From positions 3,465 through 67,464 of the forward strand of contig JAQGDQ010001052.1 of NCBI GenBank assembly GCA_030141605.1: a stretch of 64,000 nt of DNA. The letters are read 5' to 3'. Positions 15,601 to 25,600 of this stretch are shown one piece after another. The notes below the pieces were generated by a model. The model did not search any database, was not told the origin of the DNA, and worked only from the letters and a program-made list of their open reading frames with translations. Both the position numbers and the translations under genes were made by a program. Origin of the DNA: Tubiluchus corallicola. Taxonomy: Eukaryota > Animalia > Priapulida. Numbering within the stretch: position 1 is the first letter of the stretch; each line of letters begins with the position of its first letter.

Positions 15601-17658
15601 TCAGCTGCTGTCGTTGAGTTCCGGTTTAGCAAGGTATTAAAGTGCTGTTTCCATCGGTCAAGAATATCTTGGCTCTCGGTCAGGAGGGTGGTGTTGTCGG
15701 CTGACATAAGAGTTCCCACTGATGTTCTTCTAGGACCATAGATCTCCTTGGTGCCTGCGTAGAAACTTCTAAGGTCTCTGCAATCTGCATGATGTTGAAG
15801 ATCTTCTGCCTTCTGTTGCCACCAGTTGTTTTGGAGCTCCCTCATTCTGGACTGACATTGGCTTTTCAGTTGTTGGAACCTGACTTTCTTCTCGAATGAC
15901 ATGGGATGCTGCTCATGGTCTATGAAGGTCTATATAACTGTATAACTGTATAACTATATAACTGGTCTATATAACTGTAGTTATATATACTACACATTTC
16001 ACTGGAGTGGTAAATATCAGTTGGTAACCCATGTATATATATTATCTTGTTTGCAAGCGAGTATTTAAAAATATCTATACAATCACAGTTTTATACTATT
16101 TGGAATTATGACCTCTTAAAACGAGACTAAGCATGTATGTAAAAAACATTAAATTGATGGCCTAAATAATTAAGATCAGGACACATTTTGCGACTAGTTT
16201 TAAATTACAATCTAGTTTCTAGAGCCAAGGTTGTAGTAGTCGATGGTCAACCAAAAGAGCAACCGGTCTTTTTTCAGGTCACACATACATCACAAAAAGC
16301 AGTAACATTGTTTGGGACCATTATAATGATCATTAGCACAAGTTAAATACAGTTGCCAATAGGCATGGCTGCAGTTATGGAAATAATCATAACAAACGTT
16401 CTTGATTTCATATATTTGACTCGAATTCAGAAATCAGACGAGTCTGCCACTACAACATCAGTCACTTATCATGTCGCACCTATATTTGCCGTACAATATG
16501 ATACAGATAGCAATTCAAGTGTGCCAAGCCTCTGAATTTAGGAAGCCTATAATTTAGCATGGTTAATACCAATTAGTATTGTTGGGAGCCGAGTGGACCA
16601 CTGAGCCAAGTAGACCAATTGGTCTACTTGGGCTGCCCAAGTAGGACACTAGAGACAGGTCGCGAATTGAGTCGTTAAGTGTACTGACACCGTCAGTTGT
16701 CCTTGTTTATGTAATAATAATAATTAAAAACGTTAGTACACGTTGAATAATTTATTATACATCTAATAAAATAAAAGAATTTTATTCTGAGCTGGTAGAA
16801 CGGAAATATTAAATTTGATTTCGATATTAATGTTGTTAAAGTGAAAAAAAAACACTTTTTTGCGAATTCAACATTTGTTTAAGGTATATCACTTTTGATT
16901 TTGTCTCACTTCACAAACAGGTGATCCGTTTCACTACCTCTTGGGCAAATAATTGTTTTCTTATAAGTAAACGTTCTAGCAATCTATGTGTCCTACATGG
17001 GCTAGCGAGCCATGTAGGACAGTGCCCTACATGTTACAATACTACTGATAATATTAAAACTAATTATCCTTGCTTTTCCTAAATGTTAAAAATTACTTTT
17101 TGGTGTTGTGAAGGCTTAGCAGCATCTGTCTCATTTTTAAATTTGCAATTATTTCTGTAATAACTGTGTGCAGAATTTCTCTCTTTGAAGCATTAGATAC
17201 TAGTTTTAATGTTATGATATATTAATGGAGTTAATCATAATGATGAAATTAATGTAAGAAATGCATTTGTAAATTGCCAAGGAATATCAATTTCTAAAAG
17301 AAATTTTGTTTTATGCTTTATTGTGTCATAAGATTAAGAATACTTATATTATAATTATAAACAATGGTACTAATATGAACTGGAAACAAGTTTTGCCAGA
17401 GCAAGTTTCTCGACAAAAATCGCTAGTGTCCTACTTGGGCTGCCCATGTAGGACACTACTTTTAGCGCATCGGTTTTACCGGAAGTGGTCTACTTGGCTC
17501 AGTGGTCCACTCGGCTCCCTACAAGTATAACTATACCCACCTTGGCACCATCTTTGAAAAACGTCTTCCTTCATAAGAGGTCCCCAAACCAATTCTTTTA
17601 GTATCTTAAGAAGGTCCGCTGACACGGCTATACTATTTTCACTAGAGTGCGATGCCAT
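453..17658 (-). CDS. MINDY3: Ubiquitin carboxyl-terminal hydrolase MINDY-3 (FAM188A), multi-exon gene, 3' end outside window
   Basis: Exons in transcript order: 17541-17658, 11083-11226, 9690-9888, 8882-8996, 7860-8013, 6792-6862, 6169-6249, 4657-4729, 3195-3267, 453-615. All have GT/AG boundaries with matching phases. The translation matches MINDY3 motifs: ELVWG..FQRWCQGFVFS, catalytic GGPCAVIAPVQAFLLK, GHGSQSLINLLLTG, PKFPIWLMGSETHLT, EF-hand FDPEGNGFI, and FHYNG. Confidence 0.95.
650..1200. repeat. Degenerate 13-bp minisatellite (GTGTGACCTTGAT) with 39-bp higher-order units
   Basis: Visible periodicity; ends ~35 bp from the MINDY3 exon 10 acceptor. Confidence 0.9.
1375..3255. repeat. 130-bp tandem array, ~14.5 copies, containing the MINDY3 exon 9 3' end and donor
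   Basis: ATGGAGGATC recurs every 130 bp from 1376 to 3196; copies are near-identical. Confidence 0.97.
3195..3267 (-). CDS. MINDY3: MINDY3 exon 9 (3' part amplified in the 130-bp array)
   Basis: GNGFISAVLLGDVLSTLDLVSDPP(Y); ttgcag acceptor, gtaagt donor. Confidence 0.92.
3410..4005. mobile_element. hAT-type MITE, family A copy 1
   Basis: TIR TAGGGTTA(T/C)CATA; homologous to the inverted copy at 38256-38639. Confidence 0.82.
4657..4729 (-). CDS. MINDY3: MINDY3 exon 8
   Basis: DKSLVAPETPEEAAKRVFKSFDPE(G). Confidence 0.93.
4936..5328. mobile_element. MITE family D copy 1
   Basis: Subterminal inverted repeat AGGTCAAAGGTTAAGTG; inverted homologs at 9063-9452 and ~49880-50184. Confidence 0.7.
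5465..5978 (+). mobile_element. 5S rRNA-headed SINE (SINE3-like) with RTE-type body and tail
   Basis: 5465-5584 is a full-length diverged 5S rRNA sequence without an oligo-T terminator. It is followed by a GC-rich body and a 3' end with a GTCT-TCCG-AGAC hairpin and (AAC)n tail. AGGGTTAGGG occurs on both sides. Confidence 0.8.
6169..6249 (-). CDS. MINDY3: MINDY3 exon 7 (catalytic His)
   Basis: VGWFLKCPKFPIWLMGSETHLTIVFSE; donor gtaagc. Confidence 0.95.
6792..6862 (-). CDS. MINDY3: MINDY3 exon 6
   Basis: LRGISRQSTVGFLTLLEHLRYCE. Confidence 0.93.
7354..7672. repeat. 68-bp tandem repeat, ~4.7 copies, inside a dispersed element also seen at ~30650-30915
   Basis: Unit CACTGTGCTGGGCTGTGAAGCAAACAGTACTAC... 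Confidence 0.85.
7860..8013 (-). CDS. MINDY3: MINDY3 exon 5
   Basis: GVENINNEREDTSQPLIDPIHGHGSQSLINLLLTGQAAAHVFD...; donor gtaagt. Confidence 0.95.
8068..8798. mobile_element. TTAA-flanked (piggyBac-like) MITE, family C copy 1
   Basis: Ends (T)TCCTTCAG...CTGAAGGAATTAA; homologous to ~40735-41468 and 54312-55045, which are in the opposite orientation. Confidence 0.72.
8882..8996 (-). CDS. MINDY3: MINDY3 exon 4
   Basis: ...GPCGVILFLYSVLLTK; ttgtag acceptor, gtacga donor. Confidence 0.92.
9063..9452. mobile_element. MITE family D copy 2
   Basis: Ends AAGTCTTTTCACAGT...ACTGCGAAGAGGCTT. Confidence 0.7.
9690..9888 (-). CDS. MINDY3: MINDY3 exon 3
   Basis: EEVCERLIMAMCDILEQV...AQFHANL; phase 1 to phase 2, consistent with neighbouring exons. 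Confidence 0.85.
11083..11226 (-). CDS. MINDY3: MINDY3 exon 2 (catalytic Cys)
   Basis: GFVFSENEPTALVQYDGGPCAVIAPVQAFLLKNIMF...; tttcag acceptor, gtacgt donor. Confidence 0.95.
11657..12110. repeat. 68-bp tandem repeat, ~6.7 copies
   Basis: ATGTACTGTAACTACTG recurs every 68 bp. Confidence 0.95.
12762..13498. mobile_element. MITE family B copy 1
   Basis: Imperfect TIR GGG(T/C)GCCGAGTAA; homologous in inverted orientation to 16584-17519. Confidence 0.78.
13761..15926 (-). mobile_element. 5'-truncated RTE-clade (BovB-like) LINE in MINDY3 intron 1
   Basis: 707-aa ORF with a complete RT domain (GKAAGPD, NYRGISLL, QCGFR, DLEKAYDSV, GLKQGCVLAP, YADD, YLGS) and a degenerate C-terminal zinc knuckle. 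The endonuclease is missing. There is a 3' hairpin CTCG-GAAA-CGAG, a (GAC)n tail, and a 12-bp TSD AACTGTAGTTAT at 13749-13760 and 15973-15984. Confidence 0.95.
16584..17519. mobile_element. MITE family B copy 2
   Basis: Perfect ~34-bp TIR GGGAGCCGAGTGGACCACTGAGCCAAGTAGACCA. Confidence 0.85.
17541..17658 (-). CDS. MINDY3: MINDY3 coding exon 1
   Basis: MASHSSENSIAVSADLLKILKELVWGPLMKEDVFQRWCQ(G); donor G|gtgggt. Confidence 0.88.
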
Positions 17659-17659
17659 A

Positions 17660-17800
17660 TGGCCTTTATCATTGGCCCGCTGGCCAAAAATTTCCTAAAA
17701 TTTTTGCAAATTTCACCAGTACGTCGCCATTTTAATTTACGAGAAAGCACAGGAAAGATTGTTTTAATAAAAAATAAAATTCTACAAAAATGGCGCAGAA
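17660..17800. promoter_or_regulatory. Putative bidirectional promoter region for MINDY3/LCMT2
   Basis: The genes are head-to-head. Divergent YY1-like AAAATGGCG motifs lie at 17725-17733 (-) and 17787-17795 (+), with an inverted CCAAT at ~17671. Confidence 0.4.
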
Positions 17801-17989
17801 TACTCTTGAGTATCAACCAAATTAAAAAATATTTAAAACTTGTTACATTGACATACAAATTTTTTTTTAATTTGGCAATACTAATATTTACGTTTTTTAG
17901 TTGAAAACTTTCGTCACAAGCAACGCTCAAAGACGTGTGTATATGGATTGTTACACGTTTTCTAGCAACAGGCGAAAATATATCAATAA

Positions 17990-18525
17990 GAAAAATTTTA
18001 GCATTAGCAGCATATTCCAAATTTAAAAAAATTGAGAGTAAGAGAATCAGTCTAGAAACAAAATTAAAAATCGTTGCTGCACTTGTAGAAACTGTGTTCT
18101 GTACAACTCAGATTGTGGACAATCAAAGTACATCAGAAATCGTTGCAAGAAGAAACTGTAGGAACATTCTGGGAATAAAATTGCCAAAGAAAATAATAAA
18201 CTAGGATCTGTATAATAAAGTCAAGGTAGAGATTGGATAGAGGAATTGACAATTAAAATCAAAAGGAGAAGATTAAGATGGATAGGACCTGTTATACGAG
18301 TACCAGGTGACAGTCCGTTAAAATTAGCTTTCAAAGAAGCACTGCAGGAGAAAAGAAACCACAACGAGGACAACTGATGGCTTACATCAATTTCATCCAG
18401 AAAAGTCTTATCAGCCCAACATTAGATATCAAAAATACAGAGACACGGAAGGTTGCGGGTGACATGGTTCAAGTAATAGCAAGAGTCATGTCAGAGGACG
18501 TGTGACTCCAGAGATGATGATGATA
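17990..18525 (+). mobile_element. Decayed 3' fragment of an RTE-like LINE
   Basis: Broken translation ..ISLETKLKI..RNILGIK..IKRRRLRWIG..PLKLAFKEAL, with stops and frameshifts; (GAT)n tail at ~18512. Confidence 0.7.
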
Positions 18526-19556
18526 TAGATAGATAGAAAATTATTAGGTAGTAAATGGCCTGACAGAATAAGTGGGTGATATATTTTAATTGTATACTTG
18601 TTGAATTTGAGTAGATGGTCAAGGTCACTAGTCACTTAAATCTGCTTTCTACACAAAAACTGGCTTCTTTCTTTTAACTAATAACAGAATTTTAACTACA
18701 AGCTTCCCATTTTGGAAACCTAAGTGTTGCCTAATGTTAATTTATTTTAGGTTAGGCTGGAAAGAAATAGTGGCAACATTGTTTGATGTCTATGGATGTG
18801 ACCTTGTAAGACATTGATGCGTTTTATAATCTGGCGGTCATGACAACACCAGTAAGTATGATTGTTTTTGGTAGTGGTAAAATGTTGCTGTTTCCACTGC
18901 TTCGGAAACAGGAAAAGAGAAGCGTTTATGGAACGTACGGCATTGCTTAAAGGAAAGAACAAGTCACTTAGTATGTTGGGTTTATTTTACTGTTATCAGT
19001 TAAAAATATAACAAAGAAATTTGCAAAGAATTGCATAAATTTAAAATATGCTACCTCTGAATAGAAATTTTCGTGCCCGATAGTTGCCGCTATTCTCTTG
19101 AAAGTCATGATGTAACTGGGAGGTTTGTGACTTGTCGTAAATGTGCCATCGCTCTGCTTCAAATTCAAACTTCTACAGCTTACCTAATGTTCATACAAAA
19201 ATCTTACAAAATTTTTTGTTTTGTAAAAACTTAATATACTTTTGGTGAAGATTGACAGCGCTACTTTTCTTCAAGACGAATGACATCACTGGAAGAAGAA
19301 TTGCCATTGAAAATGGGAGCGCCCAAGCATGAAATGATCGCGAATTTAAAGTGATTCTACTAGTTACACGAAGCACACTTATCACACTTTTATTAATAAA
19401 TCCTTCTAACATTTTTTGTGAACGTTAAAATAAGCCTAACCTCCTAGAAGGCTTGTTCTTCCCTTTAATAACTAATTCCTTAACTATGTTGTCTAGAAAT
19501 GCATTAGTGTCATTGTATTACACATTGACCTGTCTTATATAATCTATTGCTTTAAG

Positions 19557-19681
19557 ATTCAAGGCACTAATGATTCAAGCACGACAAGCAAGTGTTCGAT
19601 GTCACGAGCTGGGTATTTTGATGATGACATCATTTCCCTTTTTGTTAAAAAGTGCAAACGTCGGACACCCTTGATAAACAG
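19557..19681 (+). CDS. LCMT2: LCMT2 exon a
   Basis: IQGTNDSSTTSKCSMSRAGYFDDDIISLFVKKCKRRTPLIN(R). Confidence 0.92.
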
Positions 19682-22600
19682 GTATGTCAATAGACTTGTA
19701 TCTTAAGCCAGTGTAACCACATGTATATCAGCATTTCACTTAATAACTCATAATGAGATTCAGATGACTTGTCAGCCTATCTGAGTCAGAAAATATGTTG
19801 CAAAATCTAACCTGTGTAGCTCTAGTAAGTTTCGTGCTCCAAACTTTGGCTAAAGTTTACAATTTTCCACACGCAAGAAGTTAGTTTGTGAATCGGATTA
19901 GGTTGACGGTCAGGATTATGCTTAGGGTTAGTGTTAGGGTTGGATTAGGGTTAGGATTGGGTTAGGATTAGGATTAGTGTTAGGGTTGGATTAGGGTCAG
20001 GGTTCGGTTATGATCAGGGTTAGTGTTAGGGTTGGATTCCAGCATTTAAATTGTGGTTTGGAATTGTAAACTCCTTCCCTGAGTTTAAGAAACCAAAGTA
20101 CTTCTGAATATCAAATATTTTGTTGTTTAATTAATGGAATAATTGCAAAGACTATTATATTTCTTTGAGCTGGTTGATTAAACATGACTTTTTTAGTTTT
20201 TATTTCGTATACAGTTATTACAAAAATATGACACATAATAATAAGAAACTAAAGGCAGCACAACAATATACATTGCGTAAATTTTTTGGAAAATAGTTCG
20301 ACTTTAGTGTAAGATAATTGTGTGTATCCTATAATTTAAAATATTTTGATAGCTAATATAGTAGGCACCGTATATCAGACTTATAGTAATGTACTATCAA
20401 TCACGAAACAACGGACTATGTCTATAGTATACAGGACTTCTAACGGTCCGGATTTTGTCCGATTTTTCCGATATCCATGAAAACGAGGTCCGGCTACCCA
20501 AGATATGAGTGTAGTAATACCATTGTGAAGCAGTTATGTAACAGTAATATTAGGTACAAGCCAAGTAAACATACTAAATGGCGATTAATCTTATATACAT
20601 GATTATTATTTTATTTTATTTATATTGTAGGCAATAAGGTTATAGAACGTTTAAAAGTTTTTAGCACGTGTTTGTAAATATATATTTAAGATTTGTGTGT
20701 GATTGGATGTGTTATGTTATACACTGACAGAGCATACAAGTCTTTGATGTGTTATAAGTAAAATCGTTCAGTGCAATACGTTGTTTTTGTTCTAGGGGAT
20801 ATTATGTGAGAGTGAAAACTATTGACAGCCTCATACGCAAGTTTCTCCGTATGTTTCAAGACTCGACACAAGTGCAGATCGTTTCATTTGGTGCCGGATT
20901 CGATTCTTCGTTTTTTCGACTTCACAGAGACAATCTGTTGAGCAACACGACTTATTTTGAAGTAGATTTTGTTGACGTATTAAAAAATAAAATCAACCTC
21001 ATTCGTGAAGCTGAAACATTACAATCTGCAGTTAAGGACTGGAAGAGCATCTGTAACAATTCTGAGTTACTTGGTAAGTGCAAGCAGTAAAGTAGTTTTT
21101 GTAGATGAAGTCTTGTATCAGATGCAGCATTAAAAACCTCAAAAATGTTGTTTGGTTAGAGTAATCCAACTGACCGTAATTTCTGGCCGTTGAGTAGAAA
21201 AATTTTATTGACATTACAGCTTCAAAAAAACTACTTTCCATGAAAAGTAACAAAAGAACAAATTTATAGCACAAGAAACATTTGATGACCTAAAACAAGT
21301 AAAGATGACAGATTTTTAAAGGACAAGAAACATTCAATGACCTAAAACAAGTAAAGATGACAGATTTTTAAAGGACAAGAAACATTCAATGACCTAAAAC
21401 ATGTAAAGATGACAGATTTTTAAAGGACAAGAAACATTCAATGACCTAAAACAAGTAAAGATGACAGATTTTTAAAGGACAAGAAACATTCGATGACCTA
21501 AAACAAGTAAAGATGACAGATTTTTAAAGGACAAGAAACATTCGATGATCTAAAACAAGTAAAGATGACAGATTTTTAAAGGACAAGAAACATTCAATGA
21601 CCTAAAACAAGTAAAGATGACAGATTTTTAAAGGACAAGAAACATTCGATGACCTAAAACAAGTAAAGATGACAGATTTTTAAAGGACAAGAAACATTCG
21701 ATGACCTAAAACAAGTAAAGATGACAGATTTTTAAAGGACAAGAAACATTTGATGATCTAAAACAAGTAAAGATGACAGATTTTTAAAGGACAAGAAACA
21801 TTCGATGACCTAAAACAAGTAAAGATGACAGATTTTTAAAGGACAAGAAACATTCAATGACCTAAAACAAGTAAAGATGACAGATTTTTAAAGGACAAGA
21901 AACATTCGATGACCTAAAACAAGTAAAGATGACAGATTTTTAAAGGACAAGAAACATTCAATGACCTAAAACAAGTAAAGATGACAGATTTTTAAAGGAC
22001 AAGAAACATTCGATGACCTAAAACAAGTAAAGATGACAGATTTTTAAAGGACAAGAAACATTCGATGACCTAAAACAAGTAAAGATGGCAGATTTTTAAA
22101 GGACAAGAAACATTCGATGACCTAAAACAAGTAAAGATGACAGATTTTTAAAGAACAAGAAACATTCGATGACCTAAAACAAGTAAAGATGACAGATTTT
22201 TAAATTACAAGAAACATTCGATGACCTAAAACAAGTAAAGATGACAGATTTTTAAAGGACAAGAAACATTCGATGACCTAAAACAAGTAAAGATGACAGA
22301 TTTTTAAAGGACAAGAAACATTCGATGATCTAAAACAAGTAAAGATGACAGATTTTTAAAGGACAAGAAACATTCAATGACCTAAAACAAGTAAAGATGA
22401 CAGATTTTTAGAGGACAAGAAACATTCGATGACCTAAAACAAGTAAAGATGACAGATTTTTAAAGGACAAGAAACATTCGATGATCTAAAACAAGTAAAG
22501 ATGACAGATTTTTAAAGGACTAGAAACATTCAATGACCTAAAACAAGTAAAGATGGCAGATTTTTAAAGGACAAGAAACATTCGATGACCTAAAACAAGT

Positions 22601-25600
22601 AAAGATGGCAGATTTTTAAAGGACAAGAATATCCTTTGTTTGTATAAAGCTAAAAATATATTTCTACATGATGTGATATTGCACTCAGAGCTTGTGTTTG
22701 TAGTAACGCTGTATAAAACTTGAAATTTGAACCCCTCCTATAACAGTTAGGTACATACATCTTTCAAACTGGTATGTGTACTGCTAAGTAATATAACTTT
22801 ACATAGAAAGCTTTTTTGATACATGCTTTAAAATTTTCCTTTTTCCCCTATAACGATGTCATTTTTGTCCTTCCAACAGAATAAGTCCAATTTGAAGCAC
22901 TTTACTTTAATCTGCTGTCTGAATGGAATAATTGAAGCCATAAAAGTTATTTGTTTGCTGATTTTGCTACATTTTTCTATAATCTGCTTTTCTATTTTCT
23001 ATAAAACAGTAATAGTAGTTAGCGCACGCTATACACTCACATCTTGGTTTGCCGGACCTTGCTTTTACGGATTGGAAAAATCGGACAAAATCTGGACTGT
23101 TAAAATGTCGCGCATACTATAGACACAGTCCGTTGTTTTGCGAGCTTACCGCTAGTTGGCAGGCCGTCACTTTGTTTACATGAGTGTAACCAAGCAGCGT
23201 GTAACGATACGTGTGTAGCTTGTATGTCAGGAACGGCCCATACTAGACATTTCTGAGACAATTAGGCGATTGATAGTACATTACCGTGAGTCTAATACCC
23301 GGCGCCTACTGTATGAGCTCAGTATCAGTAAATACAGACAATCAGCAAATTCAGACCGACGTCTCCCAGTCCAGCAACTCGAGATGTGAGTGTATTTACC
23401 ATGATTAAAAAAACAGAAATGATTGAAATCCTACGTTCTGACCCATTGCACTTTTTTAAGCGTCACCCTAACCACACATATTTTTGTTTGTCCTAGTTAG
23501 ATTGTGTGAACATTGATTTTGTTTAACTCTTGGCAATTCTCAAACAAGACTTGATTCTAGTGTTTTTAATGCAATATTCTAGTTTAACTTCTAAAACGAC
23601 TGTATTCGTTCATGCATTTTCGTAAACAATGGTTGAACAAATTGGTTTCGTTATCACCTAAACGCACGTGACTACTTTCTTAACTAATTTGTGCAATTAA
23701 CGGTTTTATGCATTTTGTTTAGTGTTGAATTCACGAAACTACAAAGCAGTTGGTGCCGATCTTTGCAATTTGAAAGAACTACAAGCAGCTTTGTCTGAGG
23801 CCGGATTGAACGAGCAACATCCTACTTTGTTCCTGTCTGAATGTGTTTTGACTTACGTAGATGTTCCAAGGTAAGAGCTGTATTCGTTCTCTTCCCAGCA
23901 TGCAATGGGGTATTTCTATTCAGACACACAGCTCACCATGTGTTCAGGTTCTCTCGGGTGTAATAAATGAATGCTTGTTGTTAACATAGCAGTGCAGTTA
24001 GTTAAAATGTACCAATGGTTGTTTTTATTTTTGAATATAAATGATTACAGTTTCTTCACTGCCGCAGAAGCTTAACAATTGGGTACCCGGGTATAAGGAG
24101 AAGGGTACCAGTCTAATTTTTGTTACCTGTGTGTAACTGCAATATGCATAACGACACTTATTTATTGGAAGGTGCTGCCCTCTACGAGCAGTGTGGAGAG
24201 GAAAGGATAGGAGGAGAACAATGATGGTTGCGCTCTTATTTACAGCAATGTTTTTTTATCGTTGTTGTGTTATAGTTAATAACAGCGTTTAGTTATTGCC
24301 AAATTTGTACCTTGAGAAATTTTATATCTTGACGAAGAGCCAACGATGTAAGTTACATGAATTTAAATAATTTAATTAAGTTTATGAATTTGATCTCTGA
24401 AATTTGAGAAAGTACTTTTACCAATAAGTTGACTTCTTCTTAATTATTAAGCTTCTGTTTTCATTCTCTTTATTTTTCCTACTTGTTAATGTTCTCTTTA
24501 TTATTCTCTTTAGAATAAACGACTTTGGAACTTGAATGAAATAGTGAAGGCTTTCTGTACGTAACACTGTGTAAACACTATTTACCCCTGATCATTTGTA
24601 CTAAATTGATAAAAAGGAGTAGGGTACCAGTCTAATTTCTGTTACCTTGATAAATGTTTCTATTTGTAGGTCATCTGCAGTAATTAGATGGACGGGTAAG
24701 CAGTTTCCGACGTCTGTTTTCATCACCTACGAACAAGTCTACCCTAATGATGGTTTTGGTCTATGCATGAGGCAGCATTTCGTAACCATAGCTTCTGAGC
24801 TAAAGGGTATTGAAACGTTTCCAACTCCTGCTGCACATGAACAAAGATACTTATCTTTAGTACGTCTTATTATTTTATTAGAATTATTCCTACTCCACGT
24901 ATCATTTCTTTAGATATTTTGATTTTTTGGTTTGTTTATGCCCTCTATTTTACTGGCAAGACATTTTGCGTGAAAGCTAAGAATATTAGTTATAAATAAA
25001 TCATGTATTGTGTCACTTTTGCACCTTGTAACTTTGTGTTGCAGTAGTAACTTAATTGTTTCTGCATTAGTGAGAATTACATTGTGTCGTTTTATGCTGT
25101 TTACACATTGCAATAACTAAATAGTTTTACTACAAGTCGTAGGATTATGCATGTACATTCGTATCTCGGTTTGCCGGACAGAAGTGGGGAGACGTCAGTC
25201 CGAATTTGCCGATTGTTTGTATTTACCATTACTAAGCTCATGCAGTAGCTACCGTGTATTAGACTCACGATAATGTAGAATCCATCGCCTAATTGTCTCA
25301 AAAATGTCTAGTACGGGTCTCTCATATGCAAACATGCAAAAGTGTATAAAAACTGTCAGCAATTGACTCAAATAACTCTGCTAATTAAAATCACTTAAAC
25401 AAGCTGACATACAAGCTACACACGTGTCGTTACACGCTGCTTGGTTACACTGATGTAATGATGTAAACAAAGTGATGACCCGCCAACTAGCGATAAGCTC
25501 GCGAAATATCGGACTGTGTCCGTAGTATGCAGGACTTTTTAATGGTCCAGATTTCATCCGGTTTTTCCGCTGTCCATAAAAGCGAGGTCCGGCAAACCAA

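Noticed and set aside
17790-17825. ATGGCG at 17790 as the LCMT2 start codon
   Set aside because: The frame closes after 11 codons, with no phase-0 donor.
19905-20040. Interstitial telomere
   Set aside because: Degenerate TTAGGG tract internal to a small dispersed element with inverted ends.
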